A stretch of DNA of 64,000 bases from an uncultured Bacilli bacterium. GTDB lineage: Bacteria; Bacillota_I; Bacilli_A; RF39; UBA660. The translations under genes were made by a program, and so were the position numbers. Of this stretch, positions 48,206 to 56,407 are shown one piece after another. The notes below the pieces were generated by a model that had not been told where the DNA came from, ran no database searches, and worked only from the letters and a program-made list of their open reading frames with translations. The stretch covers positions 690 through 64,689 of the forward strand of contig CAKOMR010000007.1 of the NCBI GenBank assembly GCA_934096705.1, in the 5' to 3' direction. Numbering within the stretch: the first letter of the stretch is position 1; the number at the start of each line of letters is the position of its first letter.

Positions 48206-49957
48206 TTATTTAAGCACTGCTTTAATACGTCTAACGCCTGCGGAAGAACTTTCTTCTTTAACTATTTTGAATTCTCCAAGTTTATTAGTATTTTCAACAT
48301 GTGGTCCCATGCAAATTTCTTTTGAAACATCTCCTATAGAGTATACTGTTACAATATCAGGATATCTTTCTATAAACATTGCTTCAGCACCAGTTTTTAC
48401 AGCTTCCTCTTTTGGCATTTCTTTAATAGTCACAGGTAAACTTTCTTTTATCCATTTATTAACTAAATCCTCTGTATTTTGAATTTCTTCTGGGGTAAGT
48501 TTATGATCACAACTAAAATCAAAACGCATTCTTTCATCAGTTATATTACTACCTTTTTGGTGAACATTTTCTCCAACAGTAATTTTTAATGCAGCATTAA
48601 GTAAATGGGTTGCTGTATGGTATTTAGTTTCGATTTCGGTATTACCTGCAAGGCCACCTTTAAATTGTCCACTTGAGGCAGTTCTCGATAAATTTTGATG
48701 CTCTTTAAATTTTTCATTAAAGCCTTTCTCATCAACACTTAATCCTTTTTCACTAGCAAGTTCCATAGTAAGTTCTATTGGAAAACCAAATGTATCATAT
48801 AAGTGGAAAGCTGTTGATCCATCAATATTTTCATTATTACTTGTAATTTTAGAAAATTCTCTTAGCCCCTTTTCAAGTGTTTTATTAAATTTTTCTTTTT
48901 CGTTTTTTAAAACTTCATAAACTACATTTTCATTTTTAGCAACTTCTTCATAATATTTAGAATATTTGCTAATAATTAAACTTGCTATTTTTCTTTCCCA
49001 ATCACTATTTATATCAATACCTAAATTCTTAGCATGTCTAATAGTTCTACGAATAAGTCTTCTTAAAATATATCCCTGTCCTACATTTGAGGGTTTTATG
49101 CCAGCTTCATCAGCTGAAATAAATACAGATGTTCTAATATGATCTGCTATAATACGCATTGATTTTTCATTACCTTCATAACTTTTGCCAGATATTTCAC
49201 TTATCAAAGTAATAACATCTTTCCATATTGAAGATAAATAATTATCATTTACGCCCTCTAAAATTGCGGTTGTTCTTTCAACGCCCATTCCAGTATCAAC
49301 ATTCTTTTTTGGTAATAGTTCAACTTTCCCGTCCGCATCTTTATTATATTGCATGAATACATCATTCCATATTTCAACCCATCTTTCATCTTCAGGATCA
49401 AATTTTTCAGGAATTACATCATTACTTCTAAAGTAAAACATTTCTGTATCTGGTCCACAAGGTCCAGTTTCTCCAGCAATCCAGAAATTATCTTCCGTAG
49501 TTTTAGCTATTCTTTCCTCTGGAATACCTAAAGATAGCCAAAGGTTATAACTTTCCTCATCAAAAGGAATAATGTCATTCCCGGCGAAAACAGTTACTGC
49601 AAGCCTTTCAACAGGAATATTTAGAATTTTTGTTAAAAATTCAAAACTCCAATTAATAGCATCTTTTTTAAAATAATCACCTAAAGACCAATTTCCAAGC
49701 ATTTCAAAAAAAGTATGATGATATGTATCACCAATAACATCTAGGTCATTTGTTCTAATACATTTTTGTGCATCACAAAGCCTTGTTCCATAAGGATGTT
49801 CTTTTCCCATTAAATACGGAATAAGAGGTTGCATTCCCGCAGTATTAAATAAAACTGATGGGTCGTTTTCAGGAACTACAGGGGCACTTGGAATAACTTT
49901 ATGACCCTTAGATTCGAAAAAATCAAAATATAAATCTTTTAAGTTAATTTCTTTCAT
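48206..49957 (-). CDS. alaS: Alanine--tRNA ligase, short form (583 aa) ending right after the editing domain
   Basis: FFESKGHKVIPSAPVVPENDPSVLFNTAGMQP, FFEMLGNWSLGDYFK and GPCGPDTEMFY. Editing-site motifs HTATHLLNAAL and CMGPHV. The protein ends ...SAGVRRIKAVLK, with no C-Ala/DHHA1-like region. Confidence 0.9.
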   Translation of the reverse strand: MKEINLKDLYFDFFESKGHKVIPSAPVVPENDPSVLFNTAGMQPLIPYLMGKEHPYGTRLCDAQKCIRTNDLDVIGDTYHHTFFEMLGNWSLGDYFKKDAINWSFEFLTKILNIPVERLAVTVFAGNDIIPFDEESYNLWLSLGIPEERIAKTTEDNFWIAGETGPCGPDTEMFYFRSNDVIPEKFDPEDERWVEIWNDVFMQYNKDADGKVELLPKKNVDTGMGVERTTAILEGVNDNYLSSIWKDVITLISEISGKSYEGNEKSMRIIADHIRTSVFISADEAGIKPSNVGQGYILRRLIRRTIRHAKNLGIDINSDWERKIASLIISKYSKYYEEVAKNENVVYEVLKNEKEKFNKTLEKGLREFSKITSNNENIDGSTAFHLYDTFGFPIELTMELASEKGLSVDEKGFNEKFKEHQNLSRTASSGQFKGGLAGNTEIETKYHTATHLLNAALKITVGENVHQKGSNITDERMRFDFSCDHKLTPEEIQNTEDLVNKWIKESLPVTIKEMPKEEAVKTGAEAMFIERYPDIVTVYSIGDVSKEICMGPHVENTNKLGEFKIVKEESSSAGVRRIKAVLK

Positions 49958-50481
49958 TATTTCACCTTATCAAGTATTGCAAATACTTTTTCTTTTAATT
50001 TATCAAGCTCATCATTTGCTATAATGTAATCAAAATCTTGATAATCCTCTAAAGCTGTTTCAGTAATATGTGCTTGTTGTTCAACTGAAAGCTTACTATT
50101 TCCAAATTGATTAACAACGTAAATTGAATACACATTATCAAAAGCATTTTTAATATTGTCAATTTCATTTGGCATTCTTACATCACTTATTACTAAATTT
50201 TCTACGTATTTTTGATAAATAATAATATCTTTCATCATCGCATTAACTAGAAAATCTGGATCTTCCGCACGCATTTTATCTCCTAACTGTTGCATAAAAT
50301 CACGTGGTTTTTTTGTGTCCGTTCCATCCCAATCAGTAAGTTCTAATGCAAAATTTTTAATATATTTACTATAACTTGTTATAGCACACTCTTCAAGTTT
50401 ATATACATAATATTCCTTAATTAATTTTGCTATTACATTTTTTCCACTGCCAGCTTTTCCAGCTATTAAAAATATTCTCAT
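49957..50481 (-). CDS. P-loop kinase of the deoxynucleoside-monophosphate-kinase-like family
   Basis: Walker A IAGKAGSGKNVIAK. RDFMQQLGDKMRAEDPDFLVNAM and ISDVRMPNEI resemble phage-type dNMP kinases. Its stop overlaps the alaS start (ATGA). Confidence 0.6.
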   Translation of the reverse strand: MRIFLIAGKAGSGKNVIAKLIKEYYVYKLEECAITSYSKYIKNFALELTDWDGTDTKKPRDFMQQLGDKMRAEDPDFLVNAMMKDIIIYQKYVENLVISDVRMPNEIDNIKNAFDNVYSIYVVNQFGNSKLSVEQQAHITETALEDYQDFDYIIANDELDKLKEKVFAILDKVK

Positions 50482-50533
50482 TTCATTCCTCCAATTAAAT
50501 TATATAATATCAATTATTAATTTCTAAATCAAT

Positions 50534-52480
50534 TTATTTTTTGTAATTATAGGCAATTTTATAATAATTTGTATCAATTATATAACTACTTATATTTACT
50601 TTATTATTAACTACTTGTTTTACCTTTTTTATATAATCAGCATTACCATCTTTTTCTGACGAACTTTCATATTCTCCCGAAGATGCATAATATTTTCCTT
50701 CATTTGTAACCCATGAACGATTATCGAATATTGCCATGCCTTCTTCACTTGATAATATATCATTTCCAACAATAAGTCTTGAATCGTATTTAAGTCCAAA
50801 TAAATTATACAAAGTTGGAAGAACATCTATAGAACTACCCACTTTATCAATTTTAATTGTATCCATTTTAGAATTATATAAAATAAATTTACTATGATTG
50901 ACTTCTATCTTAGCATCTTTTTTATAATTTGAAATTTCATTAACTTCATCTATTGTAAGCTCATATGGATAATGATCACCTACAAGAGCAATTACAGTAT
51001 CATCCAAAATTCCTTTTTCAGAAAGTTTTTGAATTAAGCTTTCAAGTGCCTTGTCAAGTTCCATATTCGCAGCTAAATATGAAAGAGGTCCTTCAGAATA
51101 GTTTAGGTTATATGATTTAATTTCATTTTCGTGTTTTCTAGCCATAGCATTTTGGTTAAATTTATAGCCAGCATGACCAGATACAGTAGCATAAAATACC
51201 ATAAAGGGTTTTTCGCTATTTGCATAATCATCAAAAGTTGAATCAATCATTTCTACATCACTTTGTGGCCAAATATTACAATTTATTTTCTTTTCAAGTC
51301 CATTAAAACAAGCAGTAAAATTATCAAATCCTAACGTTTTTAAATAGACATTTCTATCTTGAAAAGCATAAGAATTATTATGATATGCATAAATATTATA
51401 GTCTTCATTTTTAAACATGTTTCCTATTCCTTGTGGAAATGAATTTGTACCTTCTCTAAAAGTTTTTAACGAAGAGAAATTGGCATATAATCCCGTCAAT
51501 TCCTGGAATTCTCCTCCAATAGTACTATATATGGTTGGTGTATAATAATTTTCAAAAACAAATCCACTATTTGCAAGTTTATATAAAGTCGGTGTAATAT
51601 CCTTTCTTACTGCTATTTCATTAAAACTTTCAGCCATAAAAAGAATTAAATTTTTTCCTTTAAATTTACCAGTATACTCATTTTGATAAGTGCCAGTAAG
51701 TCTCTTTATATAATTAGTAAGGGTAACAACTTTATCATTGCCTTTATAATCTTCTAAAATCCTATCAAAATCTATATCTAAATTATTTAGTTCATATTCA
51801 GTAGATGATGGCTTACTTTGTTCACCATTACTAATAACTATTTTTTCATCAAAACCAAAAATAAATCTATACGAATCAATGACAAAAGTATTTATAATTC
51901 CTACTTTCTCAATATTTAGCGATGGATTATTTACGTGATAGAATAGTTCATATGGACTATAACTATCATCTTTATTTATTCTCAATGAATATACATAACC
52001 TATCGAAGAAAAAATAAATAAAATTACTGCCATAGCTATTTTTATATTGTTTGTTTTTTTAAACCAAATCCTCTTCTTAAAAATTATAACTAAAATAAGT
52101 GGTAAGCAAAGTAGTAGTATTCCTGGTAATCTTTTGATTACTTCATAAACTGCTTTACCCAAAAATGATGTAACTTGATCAGCTATTTGTAAAATTGAAA
52201 AAGATATATAAAAATCAAAAAAGCCTTTAACAACGTATTGTGCTGAAAACCATAAAGACCAAAAAGCAAATGTAAAATAAAAAATGAATTTATTAATTTT
52301 TTCATTAAACACTCTAGTAAAAATATATAATAATATTGAAAAACACAATATAAATATTATCATATTAATATTTGATAAGATAAAAACCTTTTTGTAAAGT
52401 AAAAATCTATATACAAATTCCATGTATATAAATGATAAAAAATACACTATAAATACACTTGTTCTTTTATATTCTTTCAT
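50534..52480 (-). CDS. LTA synthase (LtaS)-family sulfatase-fold membrane enzyme
   Basis: Five N-terminal TM segments plus an extracellular sulfatase domain (NLILFMAESF...YYTPTIYSTIGGEF...GDHYPY). Confidence 0.8.
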   Translation of the reverse strand: MKEYKRTSVFIVYFLSFIYMEFVYRFLLYKKVFILSNINMIIFILCFSILLYIFTRVFNEKINKFIFYFTFAFWSLWFSAQYVVKGFFDFYISFSILQIADQVTSFLGKAVYEVIKRLPGILLLCLPLILVIIFKKRIWFKKTNNIKIAMAVILFIFSSIGYVYSLRINKDDSYSPYELFYHVNNPSLNIEKVGIINTFVIDSYRFIFGFDEKIVISNGEQSKPSSTEYELNNLDIDFDRILEDYKGNDKVVTLTNYIKRLTGTYQNEYTGKFKGKNLILFMAESFNEIAVRKDITPTLYKLANSGFVFENYYTPTIYSTIGGEFQELTGLYANFSSLKTFREGTNSFPQGIGNMFKNEDYNIYAYHNNSYAFQDRNVYLKTLGFDNFTACFNGLEKKINCNIWPQSDVEMIDSTFDDYANSEKPFMVFYATVSGHAGYKFNQNAMARKHENEIKSYNLNYSEGPLSYLAANMELDKALESLIQKLSEKGILDDTVIALVGDHYPYELTIDEVNEISNYKKDAKIEVNHSKFILYNSKMDTIKIDKVGSSIDVLPTLYNLFGLKYDSRLIVGNDILSSEEGMAIFDNRSWVTNEGKYYASSGEYESSSEKDGNADYIKKVKQVVNNKVNISSYIIDTNYYKIAYNYKK

Positions 52481-52525
52481 TATTCATCCTCATATAGATT
52501 ATAACATAGATTATTAACTTAATTT

Positions 52526-52560
52526 AAAAAAAATGTAAACAAATTATATTTTATTTACAT
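52526..52560 (-). terminator. Rho-independent terminator after the ABC permease gene
   Basis: ATGTAAA/TTTACAT hairpin followed by U7 on the minus strand. Confidence 0.5.
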
Positions 52561-52606
52561 CATTTTTTTGATAATTTTACTATTTTATATTTTAAATTTC
52601 CAAATT

Positions 52607-54214
52607 CTAATATGATAATTCTTGAATAGATTTTTTTCCAAAAGTATTTATAAGTAAACTTAAAATTATTATCATAAAAGAAAATATCGAGAGTTCACTT
52701 ATAATTAAAACATGAACATCTCTTATATATTTTAAAATTAAGAAAATACTTATAAAAACCAATATCATTCCAGTAAATGTGCAAATCATTGTACTCGTAC
52801 TTTGTTTAACTACTTCAGTTTCATTATTCCACTTGAGTTTTGGATACATCAAGTTAATAAACAGTCCAAATAATGATGATAAAATTGGTACAATAAATGT
52901 TGCAAGTAAAATATAAATTATATAAATAAATTTCACTTTAAAAAATAGTATAAATAATATATCGCAAACTAAAATTACCGGTATTACAAGTATATTACTA
53001 AAAATTATTTTTGATAAAAATATTTTATTGTAACTTATAGGAAGACTTTTAAGTAAATTGAATGATTTTCCCTCTAAAGATATTGAACAGCATGTAATGC
53101 ATGACATAAATCCTGTAAATAAAATCATTTCATAAAAGAAAAATGGTGCATACTTATTTATCAATTCTGATGTAATTATTATATCCGTGCTAGATTGCAA
53201 AATTGATATGAAACTTTCAACATTTGTACAAAGCAAAATAGTTAAAATAATAAATAACACCATTCCAAAAAAGGTATTAACTATATATACTGGCAATGAA
53301 AAATAATTTTTAACTTCTTTTTTTATTAAAGAATTTAAAGAACTTCTTTTTTTAAAATCCAAACTATTTTTTGTTTTTTTTACATAGTTTTTATTTGTTT
53401 TAAATATAATTCTAAAATAATAAATGGAAGCAATATAAATAAATATAATAAATGGAATAATATTTATTAAAATAAGTTTAATTAAATCAATAAAATTAAA
53501 TTTAGTTATAAGAGAAATATATAAATTAATAGGATAATATAAACTTGTAATTGCATCGTTTATTGCTGATGCTTTATTAGTAATATTATTGACTAAATTA
53601 TCAACATTAAATGAAAAATAAAATACTCCCACAAGTAAAACCATCGAAATAAATGTTTGGATATTTTTCTGTCTTTTAAAATTAATAGATATAATTTTAA
53701 TTATATAACCGATTACTGATGCTATTATAAGAGGAATAATTGGTAGTAGCAAAGTCATTATAATTGATATGATGTAAAAAATAGCACTTGGTTTTACAAA
53801 ATAAGCATAAATACAATATGTAGGCAAAATAAATAATAAGTCATATAGTAATTGAAATATATAAAATTTAAATATCCTTACGAAAAAAACTGATTTTTTG
53901 TCTATAGGTAACGATAAAAGCAAATCATTATCTTTACATTCAAAAAGCATTCCAAAAGATTTATAAAAACCTTCAATAATTGTATAAATTGATACGAAAA
54001 TCATAATCATAGAAAGAAGCACATAAGTTAAGCCAACTTCAGAAAGTGGTTTGGCAATTAAGTATGCATATGAGCCCAAGCTTACCATAATAAGGAGATA
54101 AATAAATATTGGAAATATTTTTTTATAAGTATTATTTTTGCTAGAATTTTTAATTTTAAATAAATTCATTCCCTCACTCATTGAGGCTTTAATTAAAGAA
54201 ATAATTTTTTTCAT
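52607..54214 (-). CDS. ABC exporter permease (large multi-TM, ABC-2-like)
   Basis: 535-aa polytopic protein. Its start overlaps the stop of the ATPase gene. Confidence 0.6.
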   Translation of the reverse strand: MKKIISLIKASMSEGMNLFKIKNSSKNNTYKKIFPIFIYLLIMVSLGSYAYLIAKPLSEVGLTYVLLSMIMIFVSIYTIIEGFYKSFGMLFECKDNDLLLSLPIDKKSVFFVRIFKFYIFQLLYDLLFILPTYCIYAYFVKPSAIFYIISIIMTLLLPIIPLIIASVIGYIIKIISINFKRQKNIQTFISMVLLVGVFYFSFNVDNLVNNITNKASAINDAITSLYYPINLYISLITKFNFIDLIKLILINIIPFIIFIYIASIYYFRIIFKTNKNYVKKTKNSLDFKKRSSLNSLIKKEVKNYFSLPVYIVNTFFGMVLFIILTILLCTNVESFISILQSSTDIIITSELINKYAPFFFYEMILFTGFMSCITCCSISLEGKSFNLLKSLPISYNKIFLSKIIFSNILVIPVILVCDILFILFFKVKFIYIIYILLATFIVPILSSLFGLFINLMYPKLKWNNETEVVKQSTSTMICTFTGMILVFISIFLILKYIRDVHVLIISELSIFSFMIIILSLLINTFGKKSIQELSY

Positions 54215-54921
54215 TATTCACCTAGTTCTAAGAATACTTCTTCTAAAGATTCATCGCCTTTAATATCTTTCATTTTGCCTACTTTTATTATCCTGCCTTT
54301 TTTAATAATGGCTACTTCATCGCAAATTTTTTCCGCCACATCCAAAATATGAGTTGAATAAAATATCGTTTTTCCTTCTTTTGCCATATCTTTCATTATT
54401 TTTTTCATATCAAATACAGCTTTTGGATCAAGACCTACAAAAGGTTCATCCATAATAAGAATTTTTGGTTCATGACATAACGCAGAAATAAGAGCTACTT
54501 TTTGTTTCATACCATGAGAAAACGAAGAAATTTCATCATTTAGATAATTATTCATTTCAAAAGCAGTAGCATATTTTTCTACATTTTCCTTCCTGGTTTC
54601 TAAAGGAATGTTATACATATCACAAATAAAATTTATAAAATCTATTGCTCTCATATTTTCATATAAATCCGGATTATCAGGTAAATATGCCATATCCATT
54701 TTACATTTAATTGGATTAGTTTTAATGTTATTACCATTAATTAATATTTCACCCTCATCAAAGTCAATTATACCCATTATAGATTTTATCATAGTTGTCT
54801 TTCCAGCACCATTGTGGCCAATAAATGCAAATATTTTACCATTTTCAATATTAAAACTAACCTTATCTAAAGCTTTAGTTTTCCCATTATAAGATTTACT
54901 AACATTTTTAATTTCTATCAT
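54214..54921 (-). CDS. ABC transporter ATP-binding protein
   Basis: Walker A GHNGAGKTT, signature FSHGMKQK and Walker B ILIMDEP. Confidence 0.92.
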   Translation of the reverse strand: MIEIKNVSKSYNGKTKALDKVSFNIENGKIFAFIGHNGAGKTTMIKSIMGIIDFDEGEILINGNNIKTNPIKCKMDMAYLPDNPDLYENMRAIDFINFICDMYNIPLETRKENVEKYATAFEMNNYLNDEISSFSHGMKQKVALISALCHEPKILIMDEPFVGLDPKAVFDMKKIMKDMAKEGKTIFYSTHILDVAEKICDEVAIIKKGRIIKVGKMKDIKGDESLEEVFLELGE

Positions 54922-54988
54922 AAGTCCTCCATATAATTATATTGTATCGCATAGTACATTATTTGTATAGACAAAAAAAGATAGATTA

Positions 54989-55426
54989 TTAATTTAATCT
55001 ATCTTTTACAATCTTACTAACTAGTGACATATCTGCATTAGTTATTTTTGAAGAAATCACTTTCATTAATGTTCCCATATCTTTCATAGAAGTTGGTTTA
55101 ACTTCATCAAAAGACATGTCAATAACTTTCATAATTTCTTCCTCAGTCATCTCCTGTGGTAAGTATTTATTTAATACCTCTACCTCTTTTTCTAGTTCAT
55201 TAACTGTCTCTAATTTGTTATACTTTCTATATTCTTCAATAGAATCTTTACGAGTTTTAACTTGTTTTTTTATAACTTTTAAAATGTCTTCATCAGTTAA
55301 TTCATGTAATGAACCCTTACGGCTTTCATTAATTAACTCACTTTTTAACATTCTTAAGACAGATAAGGTAAATTTATCACCACTTTTAAGAGCTTCTTTC
55401 AAATCTAAATCAATTTGTTTTTCCAT
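54989..55426 (-). CDS. yqeY: GatB/YqeY domain protein
   Basis: DLKEALKSGDKFTLSVLRMLKSELINE... is typical of YqeY. It follows rpsU, as in Bacilli. Confidence 0.88.
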   Translation of the reverse strand: MEKQIDLDLKEALKSGDKFTLSVLRMLKSELINESRKGSLHELTDEDILKVIKKQVKTRKDSIEEYRKYNKLETVNELEKEVEVLNKYLPQEMTEEEIMKVIDMSFDEVKPTSMKDMGTLMKVISSKITNADMSLVSKIVKDRLN

Positions 55427-55435
55427 ATTAACTCC

Positions 55436-55621
55436 TTAATTATGGCTTCTACGGCGTGAGTTTTTAATATTTTCTTTCTTTTCATTTCTTCTCTTTACGC
55501 CTGGTTTTTCATAGCATTTTCTCTTCTTAAGTTCTGAAGGGACGCCACTACGAGCAAATTTTGCTTTAAACTTTTTTAAAGCAAGATCAACATTACCATT
55601 TTGAACTACAACCTTTGTCAT
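55436..55621 (-). CDS. rpsU: 30S ribosomal protein S21
   Basis: MTKVVVQNGNVDLALKKFKAKFARSGVPSELKKRKCYEKPGVKRR... with RBS GGGAGGG. An adjacent ATG at 55624 is also possible. The track's start at 55690 would run through the promoter. Confidence 0.93.
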   Translation of the reverse strand: MTKVVVQNGNVDLALKKFKAKFARSGVPSELKKRKCYEKPGVKRRNEKKENIKNSRRRSHN

Positions 55622-55649
55622 CATATCCCTCCCTTCATTAGCTAAACAT

Positions 55650-55678
55650 ATTATAACACCTACCACTTTTTTTGACAA
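55650..55678 (-). promoter_or_regulatory. rpsU promoter (TTGTCA-17 nt-TATAAT)
   Basis: On the minus strand, TTGTCA at 55678..55673 and TATAAT at 55655..55650. It starts 6 nt after the stop of the second GG-leader peptide. Confidence 0.55.
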
Positions 55679-55683
55679 GATTT

Positions 55684-55842
55684 TTAGCAACTAGTATGAT
55701 TAAATAATCTTCTTAATGTTGAACCAAAATTTTGTCCATATCCATATACTGCAATAATAATTCTACCTACAGCGGATAAAAGTGCAGCTGTTACGCCTGC
55801 TCCTCCAACATATAAAATGCTTTCACCACTATTTAACACCAT
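55684..55842 (-). CDS. Double-glycine-leader peptide B (52 aa): leader MVLNSGESILYVGG, core AGVTAALLSAVGRIIIAVYGYGQNFGSTLRRLFNHTSC
   Basis: The ATG lies 1 nt after the peptide A stop. The leader matches the GG-leader pattern (L at -12, E at -8, Y at -4, GG). The core is hydrophobic and cationic. The track shows only a longer TTG-initiated version (55893). Confidence 0.65.
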   Translation of the reverse strand: MVLNSGESILYVGGAGVTAALLSAVGRIIIAVYGYGQNFGSTLRRLFNHTSC

Positions 55843-55843
55843 A

Positions 55844-55993
55844 TTATCTAATATTGCAAGCCTTTGGATTAGAAAAGCCATCAATAATTCCAAAAATAAA
55901 AGAACTAATCACAGATATTATAAATATACCCATGCCTGAAATTTTTGCACCGCCTGTATATTTAATTGCATCTGCTTCACTTAATTTAGTCAC
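55844..55993 (-). CDS. Double-glycine-leader peptide A (49 aa): leader (GTG)MTKLSEADAIKYTGG, core AKISGMGIFIISVISSFIFGIIDGFSNPKACNIR
   Basis: Not in the ORF track (GTG start). A strong RBS AGAAGGGAGG lies 7 nt upstream and overlaps the stop of the accessory gene. Leader has L at -12, D at -8, Y at -4 and GG. The core contains GxxxG (GIIDG). Confidence 0.7.
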   Translation of the reverse strand: MTKLSEADAIKYTGGAKISGMGIFIISVISSFIFGIIDGFSNPKACNIR

Positions 55994-56008
55994 TTGCTTA
56001 CCTCCCTT

Positions 56009-56407
56009 CTAGAAAATAAAATCAATAATTTTTTTGATTATTTTTTCTTTTTTATAATAAAATGTTATTTTCTTTACTTCATTTTCCCTTAGATTCAAAT
56101 TTGTTGTTATTTGATAATTTTGATAATTGTTAATATCTTTAGTATAAATTTCTGATATCTGCTTTATTTTATATTGGTATACATTATTATCTATTTTTAT
56201 TTTATTTCCTTTTACAATAATGTCAGAGTTTTTTAAATCAACAGGTATTAAAATACTATTTTTTTGAAATACACCATATACGGTAAATGAACTATACGCT
56301 TTCAAATTAAAACTTAGAAACAATAATATGAGCATTATTCCACTTATGGTGAATATTAATAAATAGTTTTTATAAGGAATATTTTTTAACCAAAAATAAT
56401 TATTCAT
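56009..56407 (-). CDS. Small single-TM accessory protein of the peptide exporter (mini HlyD/LcnD-like?)
   Basis: MNNYFWLKNIPYKNYLLIFTISGIMLILLFLSF (TM), then a beta-rich ~90-aa domain. The ATG at 56407 is preceded by GGAG and overlaps the ABC gene stop by 8 nt. Confidence 0.55.
   Translation of the reverse strand: MNNYFWLKNIPYKNYLLIFTISGIMLILLFLSFNLKAYSSFTVYGVFQKNSILIPVDLKNSDIIVKGNKIKIDNNVYQYKIKQISEIYTKDINNYQNYQITTNLNLRENEVKKITFYYKKEKIIKKIIDFIF

Noticed and set aside
50629-50826. 65-aa same-strand ORF inside the LtaS-like gene
   Set aside because: It is an out-of-frame ORF nested in a well-supported sulfatase-domain gene, with no independent signals.
52607-54921. ABC ATPase plus large permease, considered as the bacteriocin immunity transporter
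   Set aside because: It is separated from the peptide genes by the rpsU promoter, rpsU and yqeY, and nothing in the sequence links them. I mention it only as something to test.
55436-55690. 84-aa version of rpsU
   Set aside because: The extra 23 codons cover the TTGTCA-17-TATAAT promoter and the GGGAGGG RBS. S21 homology starts at MTKVVVQNG.
55684-55893. The track's 69-aa ORF MELLMAFLIQRLAILDNMVLNSG...
   Set aside because: It begins at a TTG inside peptide A in another frame and has no RBS. The internal ATG at 55842 gives a 14-aa GG leader in the same register as peptide A, so I call the shorter gene.
55782-56012. 76-aa plus-strand ORF antisense to the two GG-leader peptides; considered as a possible immunity gene
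   Set aside because: It has no RBS, is fully antisense to better-supported genes, and has a composition typical of shadow ORFs in AT-rich DNA.
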